A stretch of DNA of 61,436 bases, filler included, from Sphacelaria rigidula (taxonomy: Eukaryota): assembly GCA_964200075.2 (NCBI GenBank). It is 7 parts of 7 records of this genome, joined end to end, with 100 filler letters (N's around TTAATTAATTAA, not from the genome) between each part and the next. Parts side by side here need not be neighbours in the genome. Positions count along the whole stretch, not along the records: positions 17,585 to 26,276 come from CAXNAA020010366.1; positions 26,377 to 35,067 come from CAXNAA020010367.1; 5 more parts are not named here. One strand, given 5' to 3'. The notes beneath the pieces were generated by a model. It was given only the letters and a program-made list of their open reading frames with translations. It ran no database searches and had not been told where the DNA came from. Below, piece after piece: positions 22,304 to 35,167 of this stretch; positions within the stretch are counted from its first letter, which is position 1; each line of letters starts with the position of its first letter. The translations under genes were made by a program, and so were the position numbers.

Positions 22304-25300
22304 GGTGGTGGTGGTGGTGGTGTTTTTTGTTGTTTTCGCTGCTCCCTTTCTTCCCTGTCTGAGGCCGTTGTTTCTGTCGTTTTCTGTTCTTTTCTTTCTG
22401 TTCTTTTCCTTTTTTTTATTATTATGTTCTATTTTTGCTGCTCCTGACCACGGGCTGGATTGTTGCAATCAGCTTATGTGAGATAATCAAGCAATCGATA
22501 AATAAATCTCAGAGAGAGATTCCACGATAACCGAAGGTGTGACTCAGCGGAATCATGTGAGTATTTTCCCGGTGTAAGGGTAATCGTGCGAGGTTGTTGC
22601 CCGATGCCGATATGATTATGTTTACGTGAAAATATCATATTGTGCTTTAGGCTCGAATATTGTCATACTAGGGTTGTGCCTGATCCGAAGATGGGCATGA
22701 AAGGCCTTGCCTTGCATGTGGAATGCCTCGGGAATAGTGACCCAATCATGGGAAATTACTCACAGAATGCTTGCATGGCGGCCTCTGGGCTGTAGCACCC
22801 GCCTCCGCCACCAAAGCACAGATACAGGTTCTCGCCGTAGTCGCTATCATCGGTGGAGCTCGCCAGCTGTCCACATTGATCGGGGCTGGCCAGCACCAGC
22901 GAGTGGGCCTGGAATGACAACAACGGGCGACGAGCAACTTATGCCCACGTGGAAGGGGGCCATGTCGACACGTCAAGAGAGGCCGACCTGAGAACCAGTG
23001 CCGTGTGATGGGTCGCGGTGCCGCGCGATGTTCACCAACACGCGGGTTTGGTGTGTACTATTCACGGGGGTGCACCACACCATGGCAACCGAAGATTGTA
23101 CCATTTCCCGTTTTCTGGAAATAGTGTTCACGCAGCTTTCTGTATGCTGGATACGCTCGGGATTCTGCCGCCTGTGGTACACTGAACACGAGACGCCGTA
23201 CTGCCCAGAAACTCGTGAAGAACGGCACACTGCACACAAAGTAACGGCCGCGTTCCATCGCCCTGATCAAGGTTGACCACCACGACGTAAAACCTCAAAC
23301 CGTATCCTGTCCGCTTTTTCAATGTTAATGCGATGTCAACTGTGGAGTATTGCCATCACGCGACAATACGGTCGTGCCACTGAACATCGATGTGTTTGAT
23401 TCAAGTACGACCCCGAATGGTTGAAGTACAATTGTGTGTAGACGTACTTGAGCGACGGCCTCCACGTCTGAGCTCCACACCATCGGATCCGCACCGTGCA
23501 TGCACCTGGTTTAAGGGGAGAAATACACGATGGCATGAGGCCGGAGCACGTCGGGAGCAAATCAGGGTGCGACGACAACAGGAAAGATATTCACAACAGA
23601 ATAGTCAGACCAAGCGACACTCGACCGGGAAAACAAGCCGACGGATTGCTTCGCACACGTTCATATAATCAAGCGGGCGATAGTAAATAGAGGCACGGTC
23701 GATGGAAGGAATTGCCGGTAGCGTAACTGAAACCCCAAAACATTGCGCGCCCCCCACGTGCTGGGCTATCATGGGAACATCTCCACCAAGCACGACTGTG
23801 CTCACAACAGCAGATTCGTTTTATGAACATAATGGGTAGTGCCCCCAAGACTATTGCCGAATCATTAATCCTGCCGCATTCAAAGGGTAGCTTTCTCAAA
23901 TTCTTTCTTCAACCACATCGAACTGATCCAGAGATGACAAGAGTATTGAAAAAAAAACTTCGACTAGGATAACATTTGACTGCAAGTCATTTGGGTGCAA
24001 TCCTCCAAGTACTCGGATTCTTTTTCAGTTCAAACTTCAGGTAAGTACTCCGGAATACTCGATACTTTCCATCAATCGACACTCCAGGTGCTCTGGAAAA
24101 CTCAGCAATCGCTCGTCAATACTCCAGGGACCCTGGAAAAATACCCCAAAAAGAGTACTTTCGGTATTGATACTTCAGGTATTCTGAAATGCTCAGCATT
24201 TTCAGCAGTTGATACTCCAAGTACTACTGTGGTATACTCAGTATGCTTGCCAGGCAATATTTCAATGTCTCCGGAATACTGATACGCTGAAAACCCGGAA
24301 AACCTGGGATATCGCTCTCTATCCTGAGCACTGCACTGTACTTCACCGTTTGCTGTTCTGAGGTTGTGCGGTATGTATGGTCATGTTTGTGAAATCAAAC
24401 CGGATGCCACCATTTATCATTTAACTTACTACTTGACTGGTGCACCTTTCATGTGTGTAATCACCACTACAACACTGGTTGTGAGAGACCACACGATGGA
24501 GTCAAGAAATATTCACACGACCAATTAATTGGTGTGATACAACGTACCGCGCAACGTTGACGCGCCGCCCCGGCTCAGCGTAAGTATTTCGAACTTTTGA
24601 GTAAAGTCAAAAATATGTGTATGAAACCAACAGAAACACATACTGCAAAACGACTTGCACCGCGTTGCAAGCTGATGTCTTATCATTACCCTATCCGCGG
24701 TGGTATTACATATGCTGCGTGTAGATTTTTTACCTGCGTGGTTCTTCCCCCCAGCGGTGTGTGATGAAGATTCTCGTTTACGGTGAAAAGCAGTGATTTG
24801 GTGAGATTGAGAGTTCAGCGTTGAGTTAGGGTGAGTGCTATTATTCGCCCTAACTTAGCCAATTTTTACAAACCTTAGTCAGGGATATTTTCAAAGGCTT
24901 CGTGGCAGTGGCAAGGTACTACTACAGGAAGTGTATCGGATCTCGTGAAGGGCCATTTCGGGACTGAAAGATTTCCTCCATGAATTGACCGCTTCTCACT
25001 CTCACTCGTAGCCCGGACTCTCAATCTCACGAAACCTTTTTCGAAACTACTCACAAATCGCGTAGTTTCGTCAGCGAACAGCGAAACATTTCACCACAGG
25101 AAGAGTCACAACCGACGTCCAGCTGCATCATCCCCGAAGCAAAGCGAATGCAACGCCATTGTTGTAGATTTTGAATTAACATTTACTCCCCCAAATCGAA
25201 TACCTGCTGCTACAAATGTGCTGTCCCTCGACTGAAAACATACGACTTTTTCCTCGAAAATCTCCAATGAGAGAACTTTGCAAATTGTGTTGAGAATCAG

Positions 25301-25871
25301 ACCCCAGTAGGGTTGCTCCACGACGTTCAGACCTGACTGCGTTGTGTAGTTCCAACAGTCTCTGCATATCTTCATCCGGTGTACCGGGTCCCGCTGAGGC
25401 TGTGGGCTCGGCCACTGGCTGACCAGTCCCAGAGGAAACAGGCACGGGGGTGCTGGAGACCGACTCAGGTGAGGGAGTCGCCGACGTAGAGGCGGGCGCC
25501 ACTGTTTCGGTAGGTGATGCTGGTTCAGGAGTGGGTGCTACAGGCTCAGCAGGAGTACCAACAGGTGCAACGGACTCAGGGGTAGGCGCCGGTTCTTCCT
25601 CGTTGACAGGGGATAGGGTCGGGAAGTATCCCGAGGGCGACACGGTGGGGGTCATGGCCGGGACGTCGTAGTTCTCGTTGAGGATGTATAGGTCATGCTC
25701 CCACACGCCGCCGCAGGTTACATCGGCGTTCCCTGGGCACGGGATGTTGCAGACACCATCGCCCCCGCACGTGTAGGGCTCGATTTCGGCGTCTTCGCCG
25801 CACCAGCAGAGGCGGCCAAACTGCAGCATCATCAGGGCTGCGCCCTTTTCGGCGCAGTGCAGGTAACATAC
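20314..25871 (-). CDS. WSC domain + P/T/E-rich linker + CAP (SCP/PR-1) domain protein; 5 exons, 5'-partial
   Basis: Phase-consistent GT-AG exons: 25871-25333 (VCYLHCAEKGAALMMLQFGRLCWCG...CNIPCPGNADVTCGG = WSC; linker; LLELHNAVR), 23505-23448 (CMHGADPMVWSSDVEAVAQ), 22908-22764 (...DYGENLYLC...AAMQAF), 21117-20964 (YDSE...QVLWKDSTELGCA...ILVCNYNSP), 20389-20314 (SIFGGLYEDQ...GYV*). HN..R, GENL, QVLW..ST.LGC and VCNY are CAP signatures. Confidence 0.9.
21790..22260. mobile_element. GATATC-rich inverted-repeat element inside an intron of the WSC-CAP gene
   Basis: GATATCAGATCCACCTGGGATAT (~21802) versus ATATCCCAGATGGATCTGATATC (~22195). Confidence 0.55.
22266..22322. repeat. Compound microsatellite (TTG)n(GTG)n
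   Basis: Read directly from the sequence. Confidence 0.95.
23995..24300. repeat. Degenerate short-motif array (ATACTC/TACTCC) in an intron
   Basis: TACTC/TACTT motifs recur every ~10-25 bp. Confidence 0.55.
24791..25040. mobile_element. CAGTG-family TIR element, degenerate, intronic
   Basis: CAGTGATTTGGTGAGATTGAGAGT...ACTCTCAATCTCACGAAACC; internal homology to 13808-14240. Confidence 0.7.
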
Positions 25872-26276
25872 CTAATTTTGTTGGGTCGTCGGAAGGAATG
25901 CATGTTGCGCACGGGAAATATCGAGGGAGGAAGTGGGACGGTAGGCAAACACCGGGGACACGGTGAACGAGGCAAGGAATGCGGGTGACGTCGGTGACCT
26001 GGATAAGGTCAGGGACATGAACTGGACCAGAAAGGGTGCTCATCACTCATGATAACCAAAAATGAAACAACGGAACGACCCTGGCACGACGATCGCAAAT
26101 TACCCAGGCTACCAATATGGAATAGTGACGACACGCGATACGACAATTCAAGCCTCGTTGTACGCACACTATACCCGCTGTCACGCATTACGCCCCCCCC
26201 CCCCCCCCCCCCCACCTCCCACGGAACCCCCCCCCCCCCCCCTCTCCCACGTCCCCCGCACCCCCCCCCACCCCCC

Positions 26277-26376
26277 NNNNNNNNNNNNNNNNNNNNNNNN
26301 NNNNNNNNNNNNNNNNNNNNTTAATTAATTAANNNNNNNNNNNNNNNNNNNNNNNNNNNNNNNNNNNNNNNNNNNN
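26277..26376. other. Artificial contig linker
   Basis: N44-TTAATTAATTAA-N44. Confidence 0.97.
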
Positions 26377-27462
26377 CGGTGTCCATCTCCGTTCTCGAGC
26401 AGCAAATTGCAGATCCGGCAACGGTCTGACGTTGCCGTCCCCGCATGATGCCGTTCGGGCTGGTATGTCGGTAAGATGTTCACCCATGTTCGTTGGATCT
26501 TCGTGAGGTCCGGCACACAAGGGACCTGTATGCATCGTTGGATCTTCGGGGTCTTCGGGCCAACCAACAGGGACGGTACACTCTTGTGGTCGTTGGGTTT
26601 CGGCCTTTTTTGGCGGGGTGGAGTTTTACCGAAAATGGCTATGGTTGTGATTGTTCGGCGTAATTTGTGCTGAGACGGCGGTACCGTCACCACTTCACAA
26701 AAAAGGGTCACCACTTGACAGATAAGGGACAACAGTAGGACAAAACAAACTAGATATACATTTTAGCAGAGGGCAGGGTGTACCCTCCTGTTTTGTTTAC
26801 AAAAAAGGCTACTCTGACAGGCTCTCATTTTCGGTGCGGTATTTCAGCCCAGTAACACTTGTGAAAGTGAAAACAAATAGTCGGATATGCTGCCCAGGAA
26901 CCTTGGGCGTGAGGCTGTAGGGCTGGAATGTGTTTTCGAGATGTTCAGCTAGCGTGCAGCGCCGCGCCCCAAAGCAAAAAATGCGCTACCCTTTCTGCTC
27001 CAAAAGCACGAGGGTGTACCCTTTTTTGTATATTGCCCATGATACTAGGTAGACAGCAGCTCCTAACACGGGATTTTACAGCTTGGGGATGGAGCTTTTT
27101 TTCGGGACTAAAACCCGGAGAAAACAAATCTTCGTATTCACACCAAATGTTTGAAGTACGCTTCCATTTTTTCACTTGCTGGTAGCTATTGACAATTACT
27201 ACACGCCATACAAATTTGAATTTCGATACCTGAAATGTCGGGGGTCCTAGGTGAAAAAACAATTTTGGGGGATTGTGAGTGTCCGATCAGATGCCGAAAT
27301 AATTTTTTCGCTTGGGACCCTAACATTCTGTTTAATGAAATCCAAACTTGTATGACGTGTAGTAGGTGTCAGTAGCTACCAGCACGTGAAAAAATGAAAG
27401 CATACTTCGGAGATTTGGTGTATATACGGAGATTTTATTCCTCCGGGTTTTCACCCCCAATG

Positions 27463-27645
27463 AAAGATCCATCCGCAATTCGTAAAATCCTGTGTCAGCT
27501 GCTGTGTGTCCAGGTGCCCCTCGGAGCAAGATGCGTTTAATTTTGGTTTGGCAAAGATCCATCCGCAATTCGTAAAATCCTGTGTCAGCTGCTGTGTGTC
27601 CAGGTGCCCCTTGGAGCAAGATGCGTCTAATTTCTGTTTGGCAAA
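27463..27645. repeat. Near-perfect 90-bp tandem duplication
   Basis: AAAGATCCATCCGCAATTCGTAAAATCCTGTGTCAGCTGCTGTGTGTCCAGGTGCCCC... starts at 27463 and 27553. Confidence 0.92.
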
Positions 27646-30445
27646 GTCATCCTCAAAAAGCCGAAATCAATAGGGGTTTTAGAGTGGGAAACTCTTTCAA
27701 CACGAACATCGCAAGAATCAAGTCGCAGAAATCGAGTCGCAAAAACGGCGTCGCAAAAAACCTTATGGTCGAATTTTTACCCGCAGCAGAAACCAACCCC
27801 ACTCTACGAAAATGGAATATGCATCAAGGTAACCCTCCGGCAACTGGTGTGAACTCCAACCAATGCAAACCCAGGAAGTTGGAAGGGAATACGGTAGGCA
27901 CTGCAAACAGTATTCTGTCCTTGCAAACCGCGAAAAAGATGGACATGCACAAGTCGAGAGATGGGGACACACGCAGAAATGAATACAACGCAGTGAACGT
28001 GTATTGGAAAGTTATCGATATCATCACACGTTACCTCTCACCATTCCTCCTCCACTAACGTACCCCCAGTCTCATTTTCTGCATCCAGTTCCACTGATAA
28101 TGGCACATCATGTTACATGCTTCTCGATTTGATTTGATTAGGGCGTGTCCTCGCACTTTTGTTTCCGATCTGAAAGGCCCACCGTATTTCTGTTCCTAGT
28201 TATCTTCAAATCTCTTTCATTTTTGGGCGTGGAGAAGAGTAGAAAACCATAGAGCCAAGCTTTTCCGATTTGAAACATGAGGTCCAAAGGCACGAGAGGG
28301 CACTTGACATCTCTGTCGTACAGACCACCACTCCAGATACCACCCGTTGAAATAACCATGCAAACCCCACGCAATTCATTCTCAGCTACCATCGCAACCC
28401 TGCAGCAGAGAGCACGAGTTTAGCACAGGGATAGATACGCTGCAGCGATTGGGTATGCTTTGTTCAACTGTTTTCGGCGCAATCTTGAGTATCGTCTGTC
28501 ATGGTGGGGAACAGCGTCGTGGGGTGGGCGACCGAGTTGCGTACACGATCATGGACAGTGCACGCAGTACAAAGCTGCACGCATTGTCCAAGTCCTTTTC
28601 ACGTAGCAGTGTACGCAGATATAACATATTGTACTAGGCTGTCTTCACTGCATGTTGCCGCCGTCTCTTCCACATCCTACTGTACAAACACGCACACTCG
28701 CACTCACGACGCACTGCATGCAAACAGTCCAGACAGTAGACTATCTGTGCTGTACACAAACGACCGTGCTCCGTTTCACGAGTTGCACTTCATTTATTCG
28801 AGCGAGAGCTTGAAAAATCGCTAGGACCCAACTTCGAAAATAAGCGAATTTCGCTCCAACTACTGAAAGAAAAGGTGGTGAGGCACCCCCTTACTTCAAC
28901 ATAAATACAGCAAACGAAAAGTTTACCAAAATCCGACACTCGGCACGCAAACTCCATGTATTCTAATATACTCTCCTGTATGCTTCGAACTTCTCGTTAA
29001 CCACACCTCCCACGTGATTCCGATATATTGTGTGAAAACCCGTGATCATACAAGGAAACGTATCATCTGATACCAACTCACGTTTCGTGCATTTAGATGT
29101 ACTTTACCACGAAGACCCGGGTGACCATGCAAAGGTGAGTACTACTATTGAAACTATCCATTCAAATGCTGTGTTCTCTGTACTCTACTAAAATTTGTTC
29201 TCCTATATGCTCTACTTTGATATAAACAAATTGATCTTACTCTCTTCAAATGAACCTCCGACCTGATTCCGAGTACTCTTCAAAAACTCGTCAACACGAA
29301 AATAAATCAATCTATGTCCTTGTCCCACTCTCAATACACAACGCAACGTCAAGTACAGCTGCGCAGAGCGGAAAGAAGTATACACAGTTATTTCATCAAC
29401 TAGCCAGCAAGGAACGTGATCCGCTTATAAATAGAGGTATTTTTTAACCCCCTGGGTTTGGATAGGTTCGAGCCCCGTCTACAAGTTTGAAGAGTTGCAA
29501 AAGTTAACTCAGTGCCTGATAGCAAACTTGTCAAATCTCAAGGCGCCCAAGCGAGCTTGTCCTCCGACAGTCACTACTGTACACCATGTTTCGAAAAAGG
29601 ACAACGTATTTGTCCAACACGAGGATCACAAATCGCCAACCAAAATATAATATATATATACAGATACAAACGATATTCGGAACCAAACCAGGGTTCGCAC
29701 TTCAGTCGTTGGTGAGTGCGGCACCGAAACGACATACGGCTTGACAAAAGCAAACATTCTCACTGTTGAACTACCAACACGAAATTATTGAAATGGGGGA
29801 CGAAATGCGGAATGAGAAGACAACACAAAGGTGATGAGAGCGGTATGCATCAAAGTGTAGTCTACATCTCAGTCACAAATGGAATCTGTTTCTTTCATTC
29901 TGCTCTTCCTTTGGGTAGTTTTATGTTTCGCTTTCATAATGCACGTGGACTTAAAAAGGGGCTAACTATCCCCGCTACCACTGCATGGCATGTCGAGTCT
30001 ACACTCAATACAGTAGTCAACCTTAGCATATACCGCAGCCTAATGCTCCTTCACCACCTTTTGCTACAAGAGATGCAACCAACAGCGTACATTTTTCAAC
30101 TCCGGCTGCCACACCTGAATCCTTTACGCTGCAACGGCTACAACGTACAGGATGTTCCCAGAACAGTTACATTCTCATTACCCGAGTGGTGGCGCTTTTC
30201 GACGGATAAATGGCTTCACGTGCCAAGATATCACCAGGGTCGTTTACACCAGCCACCTACGCGCGGTCCTCCCCACTGCAATTGTGTTCACTGGCTTACG
30301 TATTTGGACCGACGCTCACCCCAGTTTCAACATCAATATAATCTGAGCAGCATGATAATTGTCTTTGCGATAGTGCACAAGCGCATTTTCGGGACAGAAG
30401 AAAAAGAAACGCGATTGAGAAATCCATACTCTGCCATTTTGCAAC

Positions 30446-31675
30446 TCATGTGACTGTGGTTGACCCCAACCTCTGCAGTCGGAACATCGACACCCTTTGT
30501 TCACAGGTCACAGTGCCATGAGCACCGTCGCCATGCAGGAGCGGAATCACAACGCCCTGTCGATCATTGCCGCTACTAGTGTGAGAAAGGGCAATCTCGG
30601 CAGGGGAAAAAGGCGGGCAGGGGCGTGTGAACGCGAAAGTGTGGCCATCATTTTGGCTGCCGCCATCACCACCGGGAACCCTCAACGAACGCGAGTCTGA
30701 GCAAATCAACAAGTCGTCAGATTGACTCGCTGGTCTAGTCAAAGATATATCGGGTCGAATTTCTGACCGAATCAGTGACTTGCCACAGTGAATCAAAGAT
30801 TCCATTCCAGCATCGTAGCAACCCCTAGCGCTCTCAGCCTGCCGAGGAGATACGCCATCCCTCCGCCCTCTACCCAAATTCCCCGCCCCATCGCTCTCAC
30901 CAACTTGCCACCCGTTGCTCCGTCTTCCGGCCATCTCGCGAGGACGTTCCGGTGTATGACCGCTCCTGTTTTTGCGCACGTTCACCATGCCCTGTTGTGC
31001 GTGCTTCGCACAATACTCTGCCTTTTTGAACCCTTCCCAGCCGAACGACGGGTTCGTGCTGCAGCCATCACGGTTACAACGCCTTCGTTTCACGTCCACC
31101 ATGGCATGATCCGCATGAGTCGCGCAGAATTTTGCCTTCATTGTTCCTGGAAAGCCGAAAGACGGACTCTTGAGGCATCCCTCGTGGGAGCACCTTCTAC
31201 TAACCACGTCCACCATGTCTTCACTTGCGTGCTTGGAACAAAACACGGGCTTTCTCGTGTCTTTGAGGCCATGTGACGGATGTGTGGAGCAGCCCTCGTA
31301 CGAGCAACGCTTGCGGACCACGTTCGTCATACCCGGGTCTGCATGCCTTGCGCAAAACTCGGCTTTAGAGGACGATCCTGCCCAGCCATGCGACGCTTGC
31401 GTACAACAGTTCTCATGCCAGCACATTTTGCTCTTCACGTTGATCATACCCTTGTCTGCGTGCCGTGCGCAGTACTCGGCTCTTGTGGAACCCCGCCATC
31501 CGTACGCCGGGTACGTGCGGCAACCCTCTTGGGAACATCGCTTGCTTTTGACGTCCACCATCCCGTCCACGGCATGCTTAGAGCAAAAGATCGCGGTTTT
31601 GGTACCTTCCACCCCAAAAGACGGGTACTTATTGCAATGTTTCTCGAAGCACCTTCTTCCTCTAGGTTGCGCCAT
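30446..31675 (-). CDS. EsV-1-7 family cysteine-rich repeat protein (6 repeats), intronless, 409 aa
   Basis: Six ~38-aa repeats C-x4-C-x3-(P/A)-x2-G-x8/9-C-x2-H-x4-M-x-(D/N)-V (e.g. CSHEGCLKSPSFGFPGTMKAKFCATHADHAMVDV), followed by a low-complexity tail. Confidence 0.92.
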   Translation of the reverse strand: MAQPRGRRCFEKHCNKYPSFGVEGTKTAIFCSKHAVDGMVDVKSKRCSQEGCRTYPAYGWRGSTRAEYCARHADKGMINVKSKMCWHENCCTQASHGWAGSSSKAEFCARHADPGMTNVVRKRCSYEGCSTHPSHGLKDTRKPVFCSKHASEDMVDVVSRRCSHEGCLKSPSFGFPGTMKAKFCATHADHAMVDVKRRRCNRDGCSTNPSFGWEGFKKAEYCAKHAQQGMVNVRKNRSGHTPERPREMAGRRSNGWQVGESDGAGNLGRGRRDGVSPRQAESARGCYDAGMESLIHCGKSLIRSEIRPDISLTRPASQSDDLLICSDSRSLRVPGGDGGSQNDGHTFAFTRPCPPFSPAEIALSHTSSGNDRQGVVIPLLHGDGAHGTVTCEQRVSMFRLQRLGSTTVT

Positions 31676-32959
31676 TGCTGTTGCCCGTCAAAACTCGCAC
31701 ACCAGGAAAGGTGAGCCGGAGCCGGAGGTTGGAGCTATCTTCGTGACTTGCTGGTAGTGCCTTCAGGCAGGATTCATGCCTGTTACGGAACGGTACAAGT
31801 GTGCGCGGAAAGGTGGCGTTTCGATGGAGATGAGGACGAGGAGTGTGCAACTAAATTCACAAAATCCAGCAAAAGTGTAGTGAGGACAGAGGGGCCGCGA
31901 ATATGAAGGCACAGAAAATAACAGTGGACCCATACGTGAAAATTGTGCTAGCAACGCCTCGGGCTCGTTAAACCCACAACCGGCATCGAAGTACCTGTTG
32001 CAACAACACTGACCGATGGTGTCTGTGCTATTACTAGCGCTGAGATTGAAATTTGCATGGATTCGTCATGGATGGCAGCGAAGGACACCACGGATAAAGA
32101 AACAAACGCAGCAACGACGCAAAACACCGAGGTCATCACCGCAACTAGTAGTGGTGGAGGAACAGCACATGGCCCCCATCATGGGTAGGGCGAGAAATGA
32201 TTCTGAGCGGGTTACGATAGATATGCCGTCATGATGGCTTATGATTTTCCATGTAGGGCAGTTTTTGATTGACGAACAGGCGAGAAAAATCCCGTTGGCG
32301 AGGCGCACACAGTAGGGTACAGTCGAAATGTTAATGCCGGTTCGGTGGACCACGGGGCATGGCGTGGACGTCAAAAGCTCAATCGCAAGCAGCTTCAATG
32401 TAGAGAAACAGAAATGACTCAAGATGCACGGCTTTTGTACTATTCTCAATAATGCTACAGTTGTTGGTCTGCACGCAAGTAGGGGACATTCCATAATATG
32501 TTTACTGAAGGACCCAAACGCATATACGCATGAAGTGAGTACTGTTGTACAAACATGCCAATTAGGTCCATGAATCGAGTCATTCCGCTACGAATCTGAG
32601 GCTACTGCGTCGAGAGTTGCCGATCGGAGAGCTGCACCTTTAGCCAGAGGTGGACGCCCTTGAAAAACAACGGTTTAAAAAGGTTGTTGGAAACCCTCGT
32701 GGGCGTTTACCGGTTCCGTTTTCGTTTTTTCGAAATGATGTAATCGGTAAGGGAGGCGTTAGTCCGGCGGTCTAAAGGGTTTGGCCAAGTTGGCAGCGAC
32801 GGAGGGGTCTTTCGTGAAAAAGAGTGAAGTACTGGTGTTTGAGTAATAATGTCATACAGATTCATGTAAGACTGCGCGTAAATAGGCAAGCAAGTGAGCG
32901 TGCATTTCTGTTTATTCTGATATAGAGACTCCCTCTACTGCTCTCTTCCCTTCTCCCCG

Positions 32960-34990
32960 ACCGCCATCCGTGTGGGGTTGATTGTGTCGGGGCAGGCTAA
33001 CCCCCCATCGACAACCCACCCATGGGTAAGAGAGGGTAAGTTGGCCTACTGGCTTGCCTGCGTTTCGTGTCAGTGGTGATGCAACACACAGTCCAGGTAG
33101 TGGGTCATGCCGACAGTACCGATATCCAGGCTCAACCCTGCATCTCCGGAATTCTACTCTAGAATGGGAACCGAATTGAACCACGCAGCTGCAGTTTTTC
33201 ACGGCGTTGAGACACTGTCACGGAAAGTACGTTGATGGAGATGAGACACGTGTGAGCAAGAGTCAGATTCGGCGGACTGGATATAGCAGCCGACGCGGGA
33301 TGGGAAGACTGCACCCTCCCCGCGAGATCTACAAGCAAGGCAAGTACCGTGATAGACGCGCCAAATAAAAATCGGAGCAGAAAAAGCTCGCCCGCACAAT
33401 TAGGAGGCGGAACAGACCAAGACCGAGACCAGAGCAAAGAGAAAGACGCGTGAACATAGAAAAAGGTAAAGCTAGGTCGCGTAGCGGGGAGCTCGAAGTG
33501 GCTACCTATAACGTCCGTACACTGTAACTCTCGGGAAAGAACGGAGCTGGCCGTGCCGAGGCGGTCCTGCAAAAATGTCAGGGAGTCGGACGTGACGTCA
33601 TCGGGCTACATTAAACGAGGATATCAGGTCGATCCGAATCTTGTGCGGCCGGATATCGTGTCTTTGTGGTTGCATATGCCCCAACAGACACTACATAGTC
33701 AAGAGGGATGCTACGCTAGAGTTGCACTTTTTGAGCGAAAATGTTTCTCGGGGCGTTGCACGGATCATTTTGAGAACCGGCATCACTTTGGCTTAAAAAA
33801 AGACTGAAAATGATGCCGATTCACGAAAAGGCCCCTGTGTGCATCTCCATGTCCTGTCCCCGGATATTTGGGTTGCACAGTAAGCCCTATATATTTGGGC
33901 TCCTCCAAAAACGCGACCTAGAAACAAAAAATGCAACCCCTATCGTGGCACTGCTCTCAAAAGATGAGAGATATGTGTTCTGGGCAGAGTTAGACGGCAT
34001 TATGAACCGTGTCCCCCACGAACATCACCTGTTTATTTCAATGGACGCTAACGCGAGGACTGGAGCACGAACGGGCGAGGGGGAACGTAAAATTGCAGGA
34101 GCATACGGCCGAGACTCCCGATCCAACGACGGTAACGGCACATCTCCAACGTAATTTGCAAGCGACAACAGGCTTTCCCTGGTCAACACGTTCTTTTTCA
34201 CCCCAGAAGGAGTTACCTCGCGTACGTTCAACTGGGTTTGCAAATCGCCTCGCGGACAGAAAAAGCATCAACCACTACATCATCACACGGCAAAATCACC
34301 TCAGGTTTGTTCGCAATGGCACCGTCCACCTTTAACCCCCCAACTCGCCGGACGCTGACCACAACATCGTGTGCGCCCCAGTGCGACTCCTTGGTCGCTT
34401 CGCACACAACAGACCTACACAAATCCTAATTGGGCGTACCCCGATCAATAGACGGGCGATGGTACATGACCCCGATAGACGTGAGCAGCTCACCCAGGTC
34501 ATCATCAACGTGCTCAAACAGAGTATACATGGTGTAAAGGGAGGTCACTGGCTACAAACTTTGTCGACGCACTCTCGAGTGCCGCTGAAAAAATGATACC
34601 TCGTCTGATCCTAGCCACGTGCACCGGGGTGGTTCGAGAATGCTGGAATCAGAACGAAATTCCAACAGGCCTGGATGGAGAGGGGAAGGGCGAGATCAAC
34701 GGTGAGATTGGGATCATCCCGATAAAAACCCGCATACACACATTCCGAGCAGCATGCAAGAAGATTGAAGAGGTGATCCATGTTGGGGTGGACAAATATA
34801 TGGATGTGTATGCCAGAGAACTAGAGGAGTATACTCGACGGGAGAGAAGGGTACAGACATCTCAATGGAGCGTGAAGACTGTATGGACGACCAATCGAGA
34901 GTGAATAGTACATTCGCGACGAGGACGGCAATTTGCTGCGGGGCAAAGGTGTGATCACTGGGAGATGGGGAAGGTATGTTCATGTGAACA
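32960..34990 (+). mobile_element. Degenerate RTE-like LINE (5' region and APE endonuclease)
   Basis: LEVATYNVRTL*...DVIGL and FWAELD...LFISMDANARTG...GAYGRD...LSLVNTFF are APE motifs, with stops and frameshifts. The 5' region is homologous to 40010-40370 (CAGATTCGGCGGACTGGA). Confidence 0.85.
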
Positions 34991-35067
34991 GGTACACTGG
35001 GTAAACATGCACACGACGGATATAATTATGCGGATGTGCAGGTACTGGTAGTCGAGTGTGTGTGACT

Positions 35068-35167
35068 NNNNNNNNNNNNNNNNNNNNNNNNNNNNNNNNN
35101 NNNNNNNNNNNTTAATTAATTAANNNNNNNNNNNNNNNNNNNNNNNNNNNNNNNNNNNNNNNNNNNN
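35068..35167. other. Artificial contig linker
   Basis: N44-TTAATTAATTAA-N44. Confidence 0.97.

Noticed and set aside
29788-30453. 221-aa plus-strand ORF
   Set aside because: No motif; TTG start; antisense to the probable 3' UTR of the EsV-1-7 gene.
31948-32139. Signal-peptide-like ORF (MMTSVFCVVAAFVSLSVVSFAA) as first exon of the WSC-CAP gene
   Set aside because: It is on a different contig from the WSC exons and ends in a stop without a supported partner exon.
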